Assembly: GCA_951406725.2 (NCBI GenBank) | Contig: OX597832.1 | Span: 25,358,001 to 25,422,000 of the forward strand | Source of the DNA: Octopus vulgaris | Taxonomy: Eukaryota | Direction: 5' to 3' | DNA length: 64,000 nucleotides | Shown: in pieces, positions 16,219-31,414 of the stretch | How the letters are laid out: every line of letters begins with the position of its first letter | Numbering within the stretch: the first letter of the stretch is position 1 | The notes under the pieces: generated by a model | What the model was told of the DNA's origin: nothing | What the model saw: the letters and a program-made list of their open reading frames with translations, nothing else | Database searches by the model: none | Position numbers and translations under genes: made by a program

Positions 16219-16714
16219 AGGACATGACAAATAAACGTAGAACACAACAATTGAAACGAAGACATAAAATCAAACAAGGAAACGGACTTTTTTTAACAAC
16301 GAAAAAACAGAGTACAGGACAAAGAATACAAGGAAAATTCCTCTTCATCAGCTGCCCCTGGTTCGACTCAATGCGTGTTTGTGTGTGTGTGTGTGTACAG
16401 ACTCACAAACACACACACATATATCAATGTAGAGCTATATATGTGGTTGTGTATGTATTTATATATATTTGTGGGTCTAGTGTTTATGTCCCGTCATGTA
16501 TATGAGTGCTTATAATTTCAATAGGGTGTATGCGTAATGCTTGCACGTAGAAAACATGTCTGCCTGCTTCCGTATAGTTTCCTTCTACCAAATTCACTCG
16601 TAAAACGATATGGTAGCTAAAGACATTTCCTCAAGCTGCCACGCAGTGGAATTGAACACGAGACCGCGTAGTTGCGAAACGAATTCTTCACCAAAAGCAA
16701 CCACGCCTGCGCTA

Positions 16715-16750
<36 letters not shown>

Positions 16751-17212
16751 ATGTGAATGTGTGTGTGTTTCTGTCATGAGTGTATATGGGTATTTGAATC
16801 AAAGGAATAAGGAATGGTAAAAACTTTTCTTACAGAGAGAATCTAAAACTTTTGCGAAAACAACAACAAAAGCAATAAGAATTACAGCAGCGTTTAAAAA
16901 AAAACATCAAATTTATATATTGCTGTTGTATTTATTATAAAAAAATGTCTTTTATTGTAAAATTGATAAAATTACTTAATTCTGCCTAATTTTAGTGGTG
17001 GAATAAGAATTTATTACAATTAGAAGTTTTCGTTGCATTTTAACGGAATTGCTTCCACTTAGGTTTAAAAATGGATTCCCTACCAGGCATATATATATAT
17101 ATAAATGTTTGTGTGTGAGTATACATATATACACATATATATATACACATGCATATATTCATTTATGTATATATATATATTTATATATATACACATATAT
17201 ATATATACATAC

Positions 17213-17319
<107 letters not shown>

Positions 17320-17640
17320 ATACTCTATATGCATATATGTATATTAAGAAAAATGAGGTAGTCGTCAGGGTTTTAGATAAAAATTATGTATTTATTTGGC
17401 GATTTCATCTCTTTTGAGAGATTCTTCGTGGATGGTGTATTTATAGAAAATTCATAGCCTTTATACAAACGGTGAGTTAATCGAAAAAAAATCTGGAGAG
17501 GAATTGGAAAAGGATTTTTTGGGAGTGGATGAGACGGTCTTTTACATTTTGAATCTATATGTGTATTTATAAATATGTGCGTGTATAAATATATGTATAT
17601 ATGTGTGTGAGTAATGGATGGTGTATTAAATTTATATATG

Positions 17641-17687
<47 letters not shown>

Positions 17688-17906
17688 TTGAAAAGGAGTT
17701 AAGAGTTCATAGGAATCAAAAATTGTGGTTAAAAAGCAAATAAAGTTGGAAAGGGCACAGAAGTATATTCTAGAGAATTTTAATGGTTTTGTTACAGTGA
17801 GTGATTTAAAATGTAACAGTTTTCGATGTAACCATCTTATCAAATATTAAAAAGAATATTTTGGAAGTCAAAAATTAGGGGTTAGCAGTTTGTACTTATG
17901 TTCTAG

Positions 17907-17953
<47 letters not shown>

Positions 17954-18044
17954 TAAAAACGGTAAGATAACAAAAGAAAGAAAGAGACCTAAATATTATG
18001 TAAATAAAGGAAATTTATCTAATTTTTTCATAGCGTTTTTCAGA

Positions 18045-18118
18045 TGGCCAGATAACCGAAGAGATGGTGTTGTGGATTTCCACTTCGGCATCCGAAACTT
18101 AGAGTTTTATCATGACTA
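18045..18118 (+). ncRNA. Hammerhead-like motif (CCGAAGA core variant)
   Basis: tggccagataa CCGAAGA GAUG...CAUC c GAAA CUuagAG UU ttatcatgacta; same family as 49708-49781. Confidence 0.45.
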
Positions 18119-18137
18119 TTGAATAATTGCAACATAT

Positions 18138-18201
<64 letters not shown>

Positions 18202-18507
18202 ATACGGGTGCATTAGATAATGCATTACTAGATTTACAAAAGAGAGGATGCTCACGGTTGGAATACTTTTCATCTGAGGCTAATAATACAACACCCAGCT
18301 AATGATAAAACGTTCATGTGGTAGATAAACTTGTCTTAAATAGGGGCTAAATCCCCGTCAAATCTTGTTATATCTTTTTAAAAATGGGTATTGAATGATG
18401 TGGTCAAAGTATGTCTGAAAATAAGACATGTTCTTCAAAGCAAGGAATGCATTTTATCATAGCTCTGCCTGATCATTGTCAGCCTAGGGATGAACATCAA
18501 CGACAAG

Positions 18508-18912
18508 TGGAAGCGCAATGGCCCAGTGGTTAGGGCAGCGAACTCGCGGTCGAAGAATCGCTGTTTCGATTCCCAGACCGGGCGTTGTGTGTGTTTATTG
18601 AGCGAAAACACCAAAAGCTCCACGAGGCTCCGGCAGGGGATGGTGGCGACCCCTGTTGTACTCTTTCGCCCCAACTTTCTCTCACTCTTTCTCCCTGTTT
18701 CTTGTCCCCGACTTTCTACGCAACCGCTGAACCTGGATGCGCATTCATCCATCCGTCGATGCTCTCGGTGTCGGAGGTTGACCTGCTTTCTCTTCTGCGG
18801 GTCTTACGAATAGCAAAGGACCACGTTTCGGACTTCTCCCACTACAGAGGCGCGGTCTTGCGAGCTCTGGGGCGAAGACCGCTTCGCTCAACAAACAAAC
18901 AAACAAACAAAC
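18508..18912 (+). mobile_element. Full-length tRNA-derived SINE, family D
   Basis: TGGCCCAGTGG A-box, GTTTCGATTCC B-box, GC-rich body, (CAAA)n tail. Confidence 0.8.
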
Positions 18913-19614
18913 AACGACAACGATGACAAGAGCAAGAATAACAGCATCCTGACTGATGACAACGACGCTGACAACGTTAACGACAACAACGCAATAACGA
19001 AAAGAACAACAAAATCAACGATAAATATAACAGCAACAACAGCAGCGATTACAACAAGAGCCATGAACGATATCGCGTATTTGACAGACTAGATAACTGT
19101 CTACAGCTGCAAAACAGTGAGACAAAATTGAAGGGGTCTAACAAGACAGACAATATGGACAGAATCTAGTAGACAGGACCCTAATGTAATGCTTTGTTAT
19201 TTGGTTATTTTCAACTTAAGTTTAGGGGCCAGGTCCTAAAGAAAATATCGACCAATGCAGAAAGCATTAAGTAAAGTATTCTATATCCTCTCACTGTACA
19301 TGCGCCTTTCTTTATTCTCCCATCCACTTTTGTAATTGTTGTTGTTTTTGTTACTAATGTGATCGCTGTTGTTGGTTTCGTCGATGTCACGATCTCCTTT
19401 TCCTTTTTGCCATTCTTGTTGTTATTGTTGTTGTTAGCATTAGGAGCTGCCTTTATTAAGCGTATTAAATTCGATGCACGAAACACTCGGCCCTTGAGTT
19501 AGAGTCACTTAAGTAACATTACATGCGAATTATCAATACATTCATCCGTCCGTTCAGATATCCATTATTATTATTATTATTATCATTATTATTGTTGTTG
19601 TTGCTGTTGTTCTT

Positions 19615-20660
19615 GTCTTTGCACAGCTTCTATCGCTCGAGATGTACTACGGTGCCAGCTGTTCACTGCCAGTGAACTAAGGCAACACCCCTTATTTTTC
19701 GAGCACCATCGGGAATATTCGAGCGGTTCCAAGCAGTGCTGTTTTCTGCAAGTGCTCCAACCTTATTGCAGCCCCTATTTGTCCCATGTACTTCTCAAGA
19801 TTTTCAGTCACTATTCCCAAGGCTCTGACAATTACTACTACCACCTTTTTCATCGACCACAACTGCTTAACCTCCCAAGCTAACCTGTCATATCTCTCGA
19901 CTTTTCTTTCTTCCTTATCGCATACCTTATTGTCAGCTGAGCATGCTATATCTATGATCCAGCATCGTTTGCTTTCTTTCTCAATTAAGACTAGATCTGG
20001 CTTCCTATTCTCTATCTCATGGTCGCACTAAATCAAAAAATCCCGTACGATCTTTGCATTATCATTTTCGATGATGTCTTCGGATTTATGTTGGTACCAA
20101 TTTTTTGCTCTGTCAACTCCATACTTGTTGCAGCGTGTCCAATGGACAATCCTTGCTATGTTGTCATGACGTCTGTTATATTCTTTCTGGGCTAGTGGTG
20201 TACATTGACTGGTGCCATACGGTTTCACCATTTTGTCCACATATTCTGCACGTATCACTTTTTGATGTGTTGTCTATTCTGTATTTGATGTAATTGCTTC
20301 TTAATGCTTGCTCTAGGACAGCACAGATCAAAGCCTCCGTTTCCGGTTTTAAATCACTTTTAGTCATCCATAGCCATCTTTTTCTCTGTCTGTCTTATCT
20401 TCAACATCCCTATGAAATTATCCATGCATTCTTTTTTTTATCCACCTAGTTTCAGTTTCATTCATTCCCAAGTGCTTGTACAGTGCTTTATCTTTGCCAT
20501 CTTCCATCCTACACAAGCCTGACCTTCCTACTTCAAATAATAGCGGTTCTGTGGCATTTTTTACATACCATGCTATGTTGTTTTTTGCTGCTCTAATGCT
20601 GTGTTCGCATCCAATAAGTCCCCTTCCCCTTCTTTTTCTTGGTACATACAGTCTGTAGCC
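19615..20660 (-). mobile_element. 5'-truncated R4/Dong-clade non-LTR retrotransposon (restriction-like endonuclease), degenerate
   Basis: Frames give RLYVPRKRRGRGL (thumb), LKPETEALICA, CRICGQNGETVWH..C (CCHC), RRHDNIARIVHW, NRKPDLVLIEK...IIDIAC and LQKTALLGTARI. Stop at 19692-19694, short 3' UTR running into (AAC/AAT)n. Internal stops and a frameshift. Confidence 0.9.
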
Positions 20661-20767
20661 CAACTTTTATACCCAGACAAAACAATGTACATGATAACAC
20701 TTCCAATCAGTTAAGATCAGAAATCACGAGAGCCACTGTCTGGTACTGCATCAGGGCATTTATTATC

Positions 20768-20796
20768 AATTATTATTATTATTATTATTATTATTA

Positions 20797-20867
<71 letters not shown>

Positions 20868-21388
20868 GTTATTATTATTATTATTAGCGAGTGATAATGT
20901 CTACCCGTCTGATAAGGGTACACCAGGCACATGCATCAGAACCATTTGTGCGCGACATGGTGATAGTAGAAACATCCTCATCATCATCATCATCATCATC
21001 ATCACCATCACCATCACCATCACCATCACTTTCTTTTCCGCCTCCTCTTCCTTTTCCTTCTTTCCTCTTTCCTCCTCCTCCTCCTGCTCCTCTTCCTCCT
21101 CCTCCCCCTCCTTGCTCTCCTTCTTCTCATCGTTGTCATTGCCGATGTTATCCATGTTGTTCTTCTTCACCTTATTGTCATTGTTTCTGCTGTTATTGCT
21201 GATGCAGTCCTTATTGATATTCTTCTTCTTCTTCTTCTTCTTCTTGTCGTCATCGTTTACGCAATTACAGCAACTTTTGTTGTTGTTGTTGTTGCTTGAA
21301 ATTGCTTTCGTTGTTATTTTTGTTATATTCATTGCCTTATTGTTGTTGTTTTTGCAGTCCTTGCTATAATTGTCTTGTTGTTGTTGAT

Positions 21389-21427
<39 letters not shown>

Positions 21428-21464
21428 TTAGTAGTAGTAGTAGTGTTAGTAGTAGTAGTAGTGT

Positions 21465-21507
<43 letters not shown>

Positions 21508-21712
21508 TGTTGTTGTTGTTGTTGTTGTTGTAGAGAATCAGGTTGATAATGGAGCCTAATGGTCCAAAATATCAATAATACCAATGGCAGGGTTGTTGTT
21601 TAGAAATTAAGTGACGTCTGAGAGGAGTGGAGTGGAGCGGAGCGGAGTGGAGTGGAGTGGAGCGGAGTGGAGTGGAGTGGAGTGGAGCGGAGTGGAGTGG
21701 AGTGGAGTGGAG
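20768..21712. repeat. Compound low-complexity block: (TAT)n, (CAT)n, (CCT)n, (AGT)n, (GTT)n, then (GGAGT)n at 21623-21712
   Basis: Direct observation. Confidence 0.93.
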
Positions 21713-22214
21713 GCCTAATGGATGGATGGGAGGCGTAGAGAGAGAGAGAGGAGAAGCAAGGAGAGGATAGCATAGATAAGTATTTAGAGAGGAGGAGAGG
21801 AAAAGAAAGAAGGAATGGAAGGAAGGAGGAAGAAAAGAAAGGAAGAAAAGAAGGGGAGAAAGAAAGACAAGAGAAAAAGTGAATGAGTGAACGAAAGAAC
21901 GAAAAAAACAAAAAACAAAGGAAGGAAAGGGAGGAAGGGAGAAAGATGGGAAGAAATAAATAAGTAAAGAAAGAAAGAAAGAATGAATGAATGAAAGAAG
22001 GAAGAAAGAACGAAAGAAGAAAGAACGAAAGAAGCAAAGAATATGTTGTTACACAAGTAAGGCTAGATGTGAAAAGGAAGGAGAGTTGGATATATACACA
22101 TATATAAAGAAAGAGAAAGGAGAAGCAGAAGTAGCAAGAGGAGGAGGAGCAGGATGAGCAGGAGGAGCAGGAGGAGCAGAGGGAGCAGGATAGTGTGTGC
22201 GTATGTGTGTGTGC

Positions 22215-22246
<32 letters not shown>

Positions 22247-22932
22247 GTGTGTGTGTATGTGTGTGAGTGTACGTATGGAGATATAGTGAGTGAGCAAATA
22301 AGAGCGAATGTGTAAAATGAGTGAGAGATGTTGATAAAGAGGGAGAAAGGAATGAGAGAGAGAGAGAGAGACTATATCTTGCTAACATGTACCATGCTTT
22401 CGCAGATTGTTTCAGGTGCCCGTGTAGTCATGATCGATCTGTTATAGACGTCTCCTCGGCCGCTTAACCATGGCTCAGCGTAACATCGAGGATGTGACAT
22501 CTGGAGGAAGAGGGAGGGGGTGATGATCCAGTACTTCAGCGATAATCCCTTTCTGCTCAATAGACGAGTGAGCAATATGTGAAACGGAGAGCCTTACTCA
22601 AGGACTCAACGCATCACCCACTCCAGAAATTGAACCTGTGACCTGAGAATCTTGAATCTCTCATTATTCAAAACTACTTAAACACGTGTTTTTCTGAGAA
22701 AGAATAAGCGTAGAGAGATAAATACTGTGATTGTTTCTTCTCTCTTCCTCCCTCTCTCTCTCTGTCTCTCTTTCTCTCTTTCTCTCTTTCTCTCTCTTTC
22801 TGTCTATCTGTCTGTCTCTCTCTCTCTCTCTGTTTCTGTCTCTTCCTCTCGCTATACTTCTCTCTTTTTCACTCCCAATCTCTCTTTATCTCTGTTTCTC
22901 TCTATTTCTGACAATCTCTGTCTTTCCTTCCT

Positions 22933-22980
<48 letters not shown>

Positions 22981-23324
22981 ACAGAATGTTCCCTTCTCCA
23001 AGAATAGTGAAAAATTGAAACCTCTTTTCACAAAAAGAAAAAAACATACTTCTAGAACAGTCCATGGATGGTCTCTTCTGCATCTGTGGAATGTCCACAT
23101 GGAACATAAATGACAAAAAGAAAAAGTATTTCATTGTATTTCTAACCGAAGTTCCCTTAATTTTAGAGGCACGCAAAAGAAATCGAAAAACTGTGCCAGT
23201 TTAGCGAAATTCATGAAGTAACCACGACCAACCCAACGTTACTCATGAGCTGAGAAAACGTATGGAGAGTCTTCCGATGTTACCTTTTATCGTTGTGGAC
23301 GATGTTTTATTTTTGTTTTTTTAA

Positions 23325-24265
23325 TCTTTTACTTGTCACAGTCATTAGACGGCGGTCATGCTGGAGCACCGCCTTGAATTTTTAGTCGAATGAACCGACC
23401 CCAGCATTTATTTGTTTATTGTTTTTAAAGCTTAGTACTTAATCTATCGGTCTATTTTACCAACCCGCCAAGTTACGGGAAAGAGACAGAGAGAGAGAGA
23501 GAGAGAGAGAAAGAAGAAACACCGGTTGCCAAGCGGTGGTGGGTGGGACAAACACAGACAGAAAGGACACACACACATACGCACACATAAATACACACAC
23601 ATAAACACTCACACACATACATAAACACACACGAATAAACACATGCACACACAAACACACATAAATACAGACACACTCACACACACACATAAACGCATGC
23701 ACACTCACACACACATAAACACATATACACACTCATACACACACATAAAAACACGCACACACACTGACACACACACATAAATACGCGCGCGCGCATCATG
23801 TGAGTTACAATATACGAAATTACTCCTTAGAATTTCCATTTATCTTTTACTTGTTTCAGTAAATGGACTACGCCCAAGCTGGGGCACAGCTATTAAGGGC
23901 TTAGTCGAACAAATCGATCTCAGCACATGTTTTTTAAAGTCTCGTACTTATTCTATCAGTGTCTTTTGCTAGCCGCTATGTTACGGGACCGTAAATAAAC
24001 CATCGCCGGTTGCCAAGTGGTGGGGTCGGGGTGGGGAGTAAATACAAAGGCAGAGATACACGCATATATACGACGGGCTTCCACATAGTTTTCGTCTCCC
24101 AGAATCAGTCACAAGGCATTAATCGGCTCGGGTCTGTAGCAGATGACACTTCTGCAAAATGCCGCGCAACGAGAGCGAACCTGAAGCGACGTTGTTACAA
24201 ATCAATCTTCTTAATCACACAGCAATACATGCGCCTATACCACACAGCCACCTCTGCACCTATAA
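23325..24265 (-). mobile_element. Two adjacent diverged SINE family A copies (23325-23560, 23840-24265)
   Basis: Both begin ttttacttgt..cagt.a.t.gac and contain tactta.tctatc.gt; the second extends to a tRNA-like head. Confidence 0.78.
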
Positions 24266-25194
24266 TCGCGTGATTTGAAGACAGTTTGGCTGTTGCTTCT
24301 AGCTGGTCTAGTGATGCTGTACAAGCTCATTCGTTGGCTTATGTACATTAGATAAGAAATGCAGAATATGATGTAAAATAAAAGAAGCCAAGAAAAAAAA
24401 CACAAACACAAACACAAACAACAAATAAAACAACCAATCAAAGAGCGTGCATTGCTATATTTCCTTGAGCTACGGCGAACTCTTCTTCAAACCAAAATAC
24501 GCAGTTTTCCAATCAATACTTTTAAAAGACGTTTCTACCAACCACCTACTACGTTTTTACTACCTCCAGAAATAATTCTGCTTAGAATAGCTCTCAACTC
24601 GCACCTGTTTCTGTTAATTCTCAAACCCCATTTCCTTTCTAAATCTTTAAGTGTTTTCCTTAGTCTTCCCATCACCCTCTCATCAAGTATTTTTTATTGT
24701 ATATTTTCTGTGTTTTTTTTATATATTATTTGCAATGTTTATTCTTCTTTTATCGATGGTCGACCAAAACCTTTGACAAAATATCTTTAAAATATGTTTC
24801 TACTATATACAATAAAAAAAATAATTTAATTTTTGTTTGTCCTTCCTACTTATCTGAGGTTATTTTTTTTTGTGTGTTTTGCTAAATATATTTTTTACTC
24901 CTTTTGTCTGTGTGTATGAAGAAGAGTAAGTTCCGATTTATATATGTATACATATACATATACATATACATACATACATACGTACATATATATATATATA
25001 TATGTATATATGTGTGTGTGTGTATATATAAACCTGCAAGCACATGTGTGCACGTGTTTGTGTGTTTGTGTCTACTTAGAAAGATGTGTGTATATACATA
25101 TAGACAAATATATACGCAGATACATATACATGCATGTATATACATGTGTGTGTATAAGTCGGTAGGTAAGTAGGTTCGTGTGTATGTATGTGTT

Positions 25195-25235
<41 letters not shown>

Positions 25236-25255
25236 ATGTATGTATTATACATATG

Positions 25256-25288
<33 letters not shown>

Positions 25289-26046
25289 GTATATATATGT
25301 ATATATATAGATAGATAGATAGATACATACATACATATATATATACACACATATATGTATACATATCAATACATACACATATATATGTACACATAAACAC
25401 AAACATGCATTATACACACACACAGACACACACACATACATACACACACACACACACATATATGTATTCATAGAAAACATACTTTATATAAATGTGTGTA
25501 TACATGTGTATATATGGATATATATTGTAGCGTTGAGCCACCTTGGTTTTTTTTCCCCAGTTTTTCCCTAGGCGCAATATTTTCACTTGAAAGAAACCGA
25601 CGTTCGATATGAAAATATTTCATATTCTCTACAAGATTCCTTTGCAATGCTCCATTCTCAAAGACACGAATATTCTAAGAAAGGGAAAGGGAAAGAGAAA
25701 GCGAAGGTGAATGTGTTTGATTAGGGGAAAGTATTTTCAAAATTACCAGCATCTGAAATCAAATAAACGTGGGCTCTGGGTGAGGAGATGTAGTCTAAAT
25801 GAAAAGATGAAGAAATCAATGCAAGAGAAAACTTGAAAAATGAATGCAATATTTTGACAAGATGTATGCAATAGTGTGTATGTATGTATGTATGTAGGTA
25901 TGTAGGTATGTATATGTATGTATGTATGTAAGTATGTAGGTATGTATGTATGTATGTATATATGTAAGTATGTAGGTAGGTAAGTAGATATCTATTTATC
26001 TCTATCTATCTACCTACCTACCCTCTCTCTCTCTATCTATCTATCA

Positions 26047-26081
<35 letters not shown>

Positions 26082-26184
26082 CATATATATATATATATAT
26101 AAGCGAGAGAGGGAGAGGGAGAGAGAGACGTGAGACAGAGAGGAAGATATATATATATATATATATATATAGATAGATAGTTAA

Positions 26185-26236
<52 letters not shown>

Positions 26237-26378
26237 CTATGGATATATAGGTAGATATAACTATATATATCTATATGCATAATCATATACATATATTCAT
26301 ACTTATATATAATGCATATAGAATATTCATATACTATATGTGTGTGTGTGTATGTATATACGTCTATGTGTTCATGTG

Positions 26379-26434
<56 letters not shown>

Positions 26435-26513
26435 TATTGAAATATATATGTATATATAGGCATTATGTATGTGTGTATATATAGATACGTATATGTATAC
26501 ATTTACATATAAC

Positions 26514-26546
<33 letters not shown>

Positions 26547-26969
26547 CATGTATGTATGTATGTATGTATGCATGCATGTATTTAAATATACTCAATGTCA
26601 GAGCGATTATATGTATAAAAGAAATATAAGTTTTACTAAACTCTTCTAAAGAAACACTTTAAATTTTCAACGCCTTAAATAAAACAAAACATCAAAACAA
26701 ATCAAAGCTAGAAATTCACAAAACTTCTTTTTTCTCCAACTACAACGCATCGTTAAAAAACCAAGGTAGACATTTTGAATTCACAAAGGAAATTATAAAA
26801 TGAATTTAGGCGTTCTACACTCGACCTGAATAAAGATATCAAAAGAACATCTTTCGATAACTACTTTTGCAGAATGTTCATATTTGGTGCAACTCTTGTT
26901 GGTGTTGTTGTGGTTGATGTTGTTGCTGTACTTTAGCTCCAGGTCAGCATGGATCAAAGAATTTTTTTC

Positions 26970-27530
26970 TTTTCTACTCTAGGTACAAGACTCTAAATTT
27001 TGGGGAAGGTGCCAGTCGATAAGATCGAACCCAGTACGCAACTTGTACTTAATTTATCAACCCCGAAAGGATGAAAGGCAAAGACGACCTCGTCGGAATT
27101 TGAACTCAGAAAATAAAGACAAACGAAATATCTATTTCTTTACTACCCAGAAGGAGCTAAACACAAAGAGGACAAACAAGGACATACAAACGGATTAAGT
27201 CGATTATATCGACCCCAGTGCGTAACTAGTACTTAATTTATCGACCCCGAAAGGATGGAAGGCAAAGACGACCTCGTCGGAATTTGAACTTAGAACGTAA
27301 AGACAAACGAAATACCTATTTCTTTACTACTCACAAGGGGCTAAACACAGAGGGGACAAACCAGGACAGACAAACGGATTAAGTCGATTACATCGACCCC
27401 AGTGCGTAACTGGTATTTAATTTATCGACTCCGAAAAGATGAAAGGCAAAGTCGACCTCGGCGGAATTTGAACTCAGAACGTAGCGGCAGACAATAGGCT
27501 GCTAAGCATTTTGCCCGGCGTGCTAACATT
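26970..27530 (-). mobile_element. tRNA-derived SINE family B as a tandem trimer (184-bp period)
   Basis: gaaa.gatg.aaggcaaag.cgacctcg.cggaatttgaact recurs at 27065, 27249 and 27433. Other fragments at 6690-6810, 6955-7050, 7345-7520, 27640-27790, 36510-36635, 46250-46395. Confidence 0.88.
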
Positions 27531-27848
27531 TTTTCCAGTGTTTCTCAACCAGTTCTTTTTTTACCTATGGACCCCTTTAACTCTTATTTAAATTTGAATG
27601 GACTAGCAATTCAATGTTTAAAAAAGTAAAACATATATTTTACGTTCTGGGTTCAAGTTCCGCCGCGGTCGACTTTGCCTGTCATCCTTTAGGGGTCGAT
27701 AAATTAAGTAGCAGTCGCGTACTGCTGTCGATCTAATCGACTGGCCCCCTCTACGAAACTTTCGGTTCCTTATGTACTAAATATCCTAACACCCGTCTTC
27801 ATCAAAACATTTTGCGTATACATATGAATGAATACTCTTATATTTATC

Positions 27849-27900
<52 letters not shown>

Positions 27901-27937
27901 CATATATATATATCTTCATATAGATAGATAGATACAT

Positions 27938-27975
<38 letters not shown>

Positions 27976-27992
27976 TATATATATATATATAT

Positions 27993-28061
<69 letters not shown>

Positions 28062-28123
28062 TAGACAGACAGATAGATAGATAAACAGACAGACATACAG
28101 ACAGATAGACAGACAGACAGATT

Positions 28124-28194
<71 letters not shown>

Positions 28195-28795
28195 TTATGT
28201 ATAGACTGCAACATACAGGTGTTTGTACGATGAAGAAGAGGATTAAGAAAGGGAGAAGAGAGAGAATGTGACATTGTGACGCAAACAGACAGGTAGCCAG
28301 TCAAATAAACAAAATGGCAGAAGCGTTTGCATAAATATTCAAAACTAAAAACGAAAAGAAAAACAGACGGTAAAGAAACGGACGATTCATTAGGAGAGAA
28401 TACGAGCAAGAAGAGAAAAAGAAGAAAGTAAGAAAACCATGGGCCTCAAAGAAATAGCAACGACAAGAAATAAGCTAACAAACATACAAATAAATAAGTA
28501 GAGAGAGAGAGAAGGTTAAATAAGGAAAGGAGCGGAAATGAAAAGGATTGTGGAAATGAAAGTTATGGAAGGACAGTAGCGATATAAAATAATGACTAAG
28601 AGAATTCACTACCGCAAGGAAAATGTAAACAAACGTGGAAATAAAAACAACTCTATGATAAGGACAATAATAATAATATATGGGAGGAAAAAAAGCAAAA
28701 AAAAAGAAAAAAGGGCAGAAAGAAAGAGGGACAATGGAAAGGGATGCGACAAATAAATCTATACATATGCAAAGACATGAACATAGGTATGTATG

Positions 28796-28862
<67 letters not shown>

Positions 28863-29479
28863 ATATATGTACGTATATATATATATATATATATATATGA
28901 TGTATGTGTATATATATGTATGCATGTATGTATGTATGTTTGTATGCATATATATACACGTATATATATACACATACATATATATATATATACATATATA
29001 TATACGCATGCGTATGATATAGTATGCATTTATATACACACAGAATTCATATGTATATCTACGTGTGTATATATTTCATTATTCTATATACGTCAGAGTA
29101 TATAGATTAGACACATAGGTATAGATATGCATATAAACAAACACACGTCTGTATATGTATATATATATATATATATATACGTATTTGTACACATACACAC
29201 ACGCATGTACACACGGACACACACATCTACAGACCTATATATAATTGTTTGTATTACTATAGTAGACTATGTGTGCACCAATATACATACATATATACAT
29301 ACATACATGAATACATGGATGTGAATCATCTGTTTGTGTATTTGTCTTTATAAGTCTTTATAACAAAGTTCGTATGTAAAGAGCATGCGTAAACTAAAGA
29401 AGCATGTTTAATAAAAAAAACAATAACTGCAAGAATCCGGAGAAAGAAACAAAGAAAGAAAGAAATAAAGAAAGAAAGA

Positions 29480-29661
29480 CGAAGAAGAAATGAAGGAGAA
29501 ATAAAGAAATAAAGAAGAAGAAGGGGAGAAGAAAAAGAAGAAGCAGGAGGAGAAGAAGAAGAAGAAGAAGAAGAAGAAGAAGAATTGCAAGAAGAAGAAT
29601 TGCAAGAAGAAGAAGAAGAAGGAGAAGAAGAAGAAGAAGAAGAAATGAAGAAGAAGAAGAA

Positions 29662-29708
<47 letters not shown>

Positions 29709-29790
29709 AATGAAGAAGAAGAAGAAGAAAAGAAGAAGAAGAGAGAAGAAGAAGAAGAAGAAGAAGAAGAAGAAGAAGAAGAATAATAAA

Positions 29791-29853
<63 letters not shown>

Positions 29854-29940
29854 GAAGAAGAAGAAAGAAGAAGAAGAAGAAGAAGAAGAAGAAGAAGAAG
29901 AAGAAGGAAGAAGAAAAGAAGAAGAAGAAGAAGAAGAGTA
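29480..29940. repeat. (GAA)n/(TAA)n compound microsatellite
   Basis: Direct observation. Confidence 0.95.
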
Positions 29941-30215
29941 TTACATAAAAAAGTAGATACATTGATTCCTGCGAAAGAATAAGCTTCTGCTCGGAGCGTC
30001 GAGTGATTGTAAGAAGAAGAGCGAAAGACCACAAAACAGGGAGACTCTATCTATTATAGAAAGATAAGATTGGTGAAGCAGACGACAGGGATGAAAATGG
30101 CGGGCGGAAGGTAGCTAACCTCATTATGAAGGAGAAAAAAGTGGAGAGGCGATTGTTGGACATAGAATATGGTGTTGACCTCTGAGTTTATACATGCATA
30201 CATTCGTACATTCCA

Positions 30216-30258
<43 letters not shown>

Positions 30259-30658
30259 CATACATGTATAGATACATGCATTCGTATACAAAAACATACG
30301 TGTGTGTTTGTATGTGTGTGTATGTGTGTGTATGTGTGTGTGTGTGTGTGTGTGTTCATATGCATATGTCTATAAAGTTTGCGACGATAAAGTCAGAGGA
30401 AGACAAAATGGCGGACATAAAACTGTAAACGAATCGGAAAAAATATAATGAGCAATGAATGTCATGTATATATGTATGTATATATATATACATATATATG
30501 TAGTATATACATATATATGTAGAAGATATATATATTCACAGATAGATATGTATGCACGTACGTATATATTTATACATACATATTTCTAGAAAAGGAAGCG
30601 TCTGCAAAAGACAGGACATAAAGAAAATTAGAAAATGGGGAATAATAGTTGCACACAA

Positions 30659-30701
<43 letters not shown>

Positions 30702-30757
30702 CACACACATACACCTATATATAATTGTTTGTATTACTATATTAGAGCATATGAGCG

Positions 30758-30823
<66 letters not shown>

Positions 30824-31194
30824 AATACATATGTATATATATATATATATACACACATACAGACAGACATACAGACATGCATATACATACACACATATAC
30901 ATACATATATACATATAACCTTGTATATCTTATGAGCCAATTTTCTTGCCGTTCTTTTCTATTTGTTTATTTCCGCTCTTTCTGGCGTTCATTAAACAGA
31001 AACAATTGTGTTCCTCACCGTCGCCTTATACATTAAAAAGGTTTTGTTTCCGTTTTTTTTTTTTTTTTTTTGGTGGGGGGTTCGATAGGGGACAGAACAC
31101 TCTTCTTTGTTTTTATGGTTTGTTGAATAATGCTCGCTAGAATATTCGATTACTTCTGCGTCTGTAATTTGTCGTCGCAGTTCAATACATACAT

Positions 31195-31253
<59 letters not shown>

Positions 31254-31356
31254 CACGTGTGTGTGCGTGTGTATGTGTGCATGTCATGTTAGTGTACTGG
31301 CGTCGGTGTTTGTGTGTGTGCAAGCGTGTGTTATGATATGTAAGCATGTACGTTTG

Positions 31357-31397
<41 letters not shown>

Positions 31398-31414
31398 ACA
31401 CACACACATATACA

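Noticed and set aside
17397-17435. Minus-strand ACGAAGA-AUCUCU caaa AGAGAU-GAAA
   Set aside because: Good stem II but no stem III, cleavage triplet or stem I.
26970-27530. CRISPR-like repeat array
   Set aside because: Whole 184-bp units are repeated with no unique spacers; SINE-derived, eukaryotic context, no cas genes.
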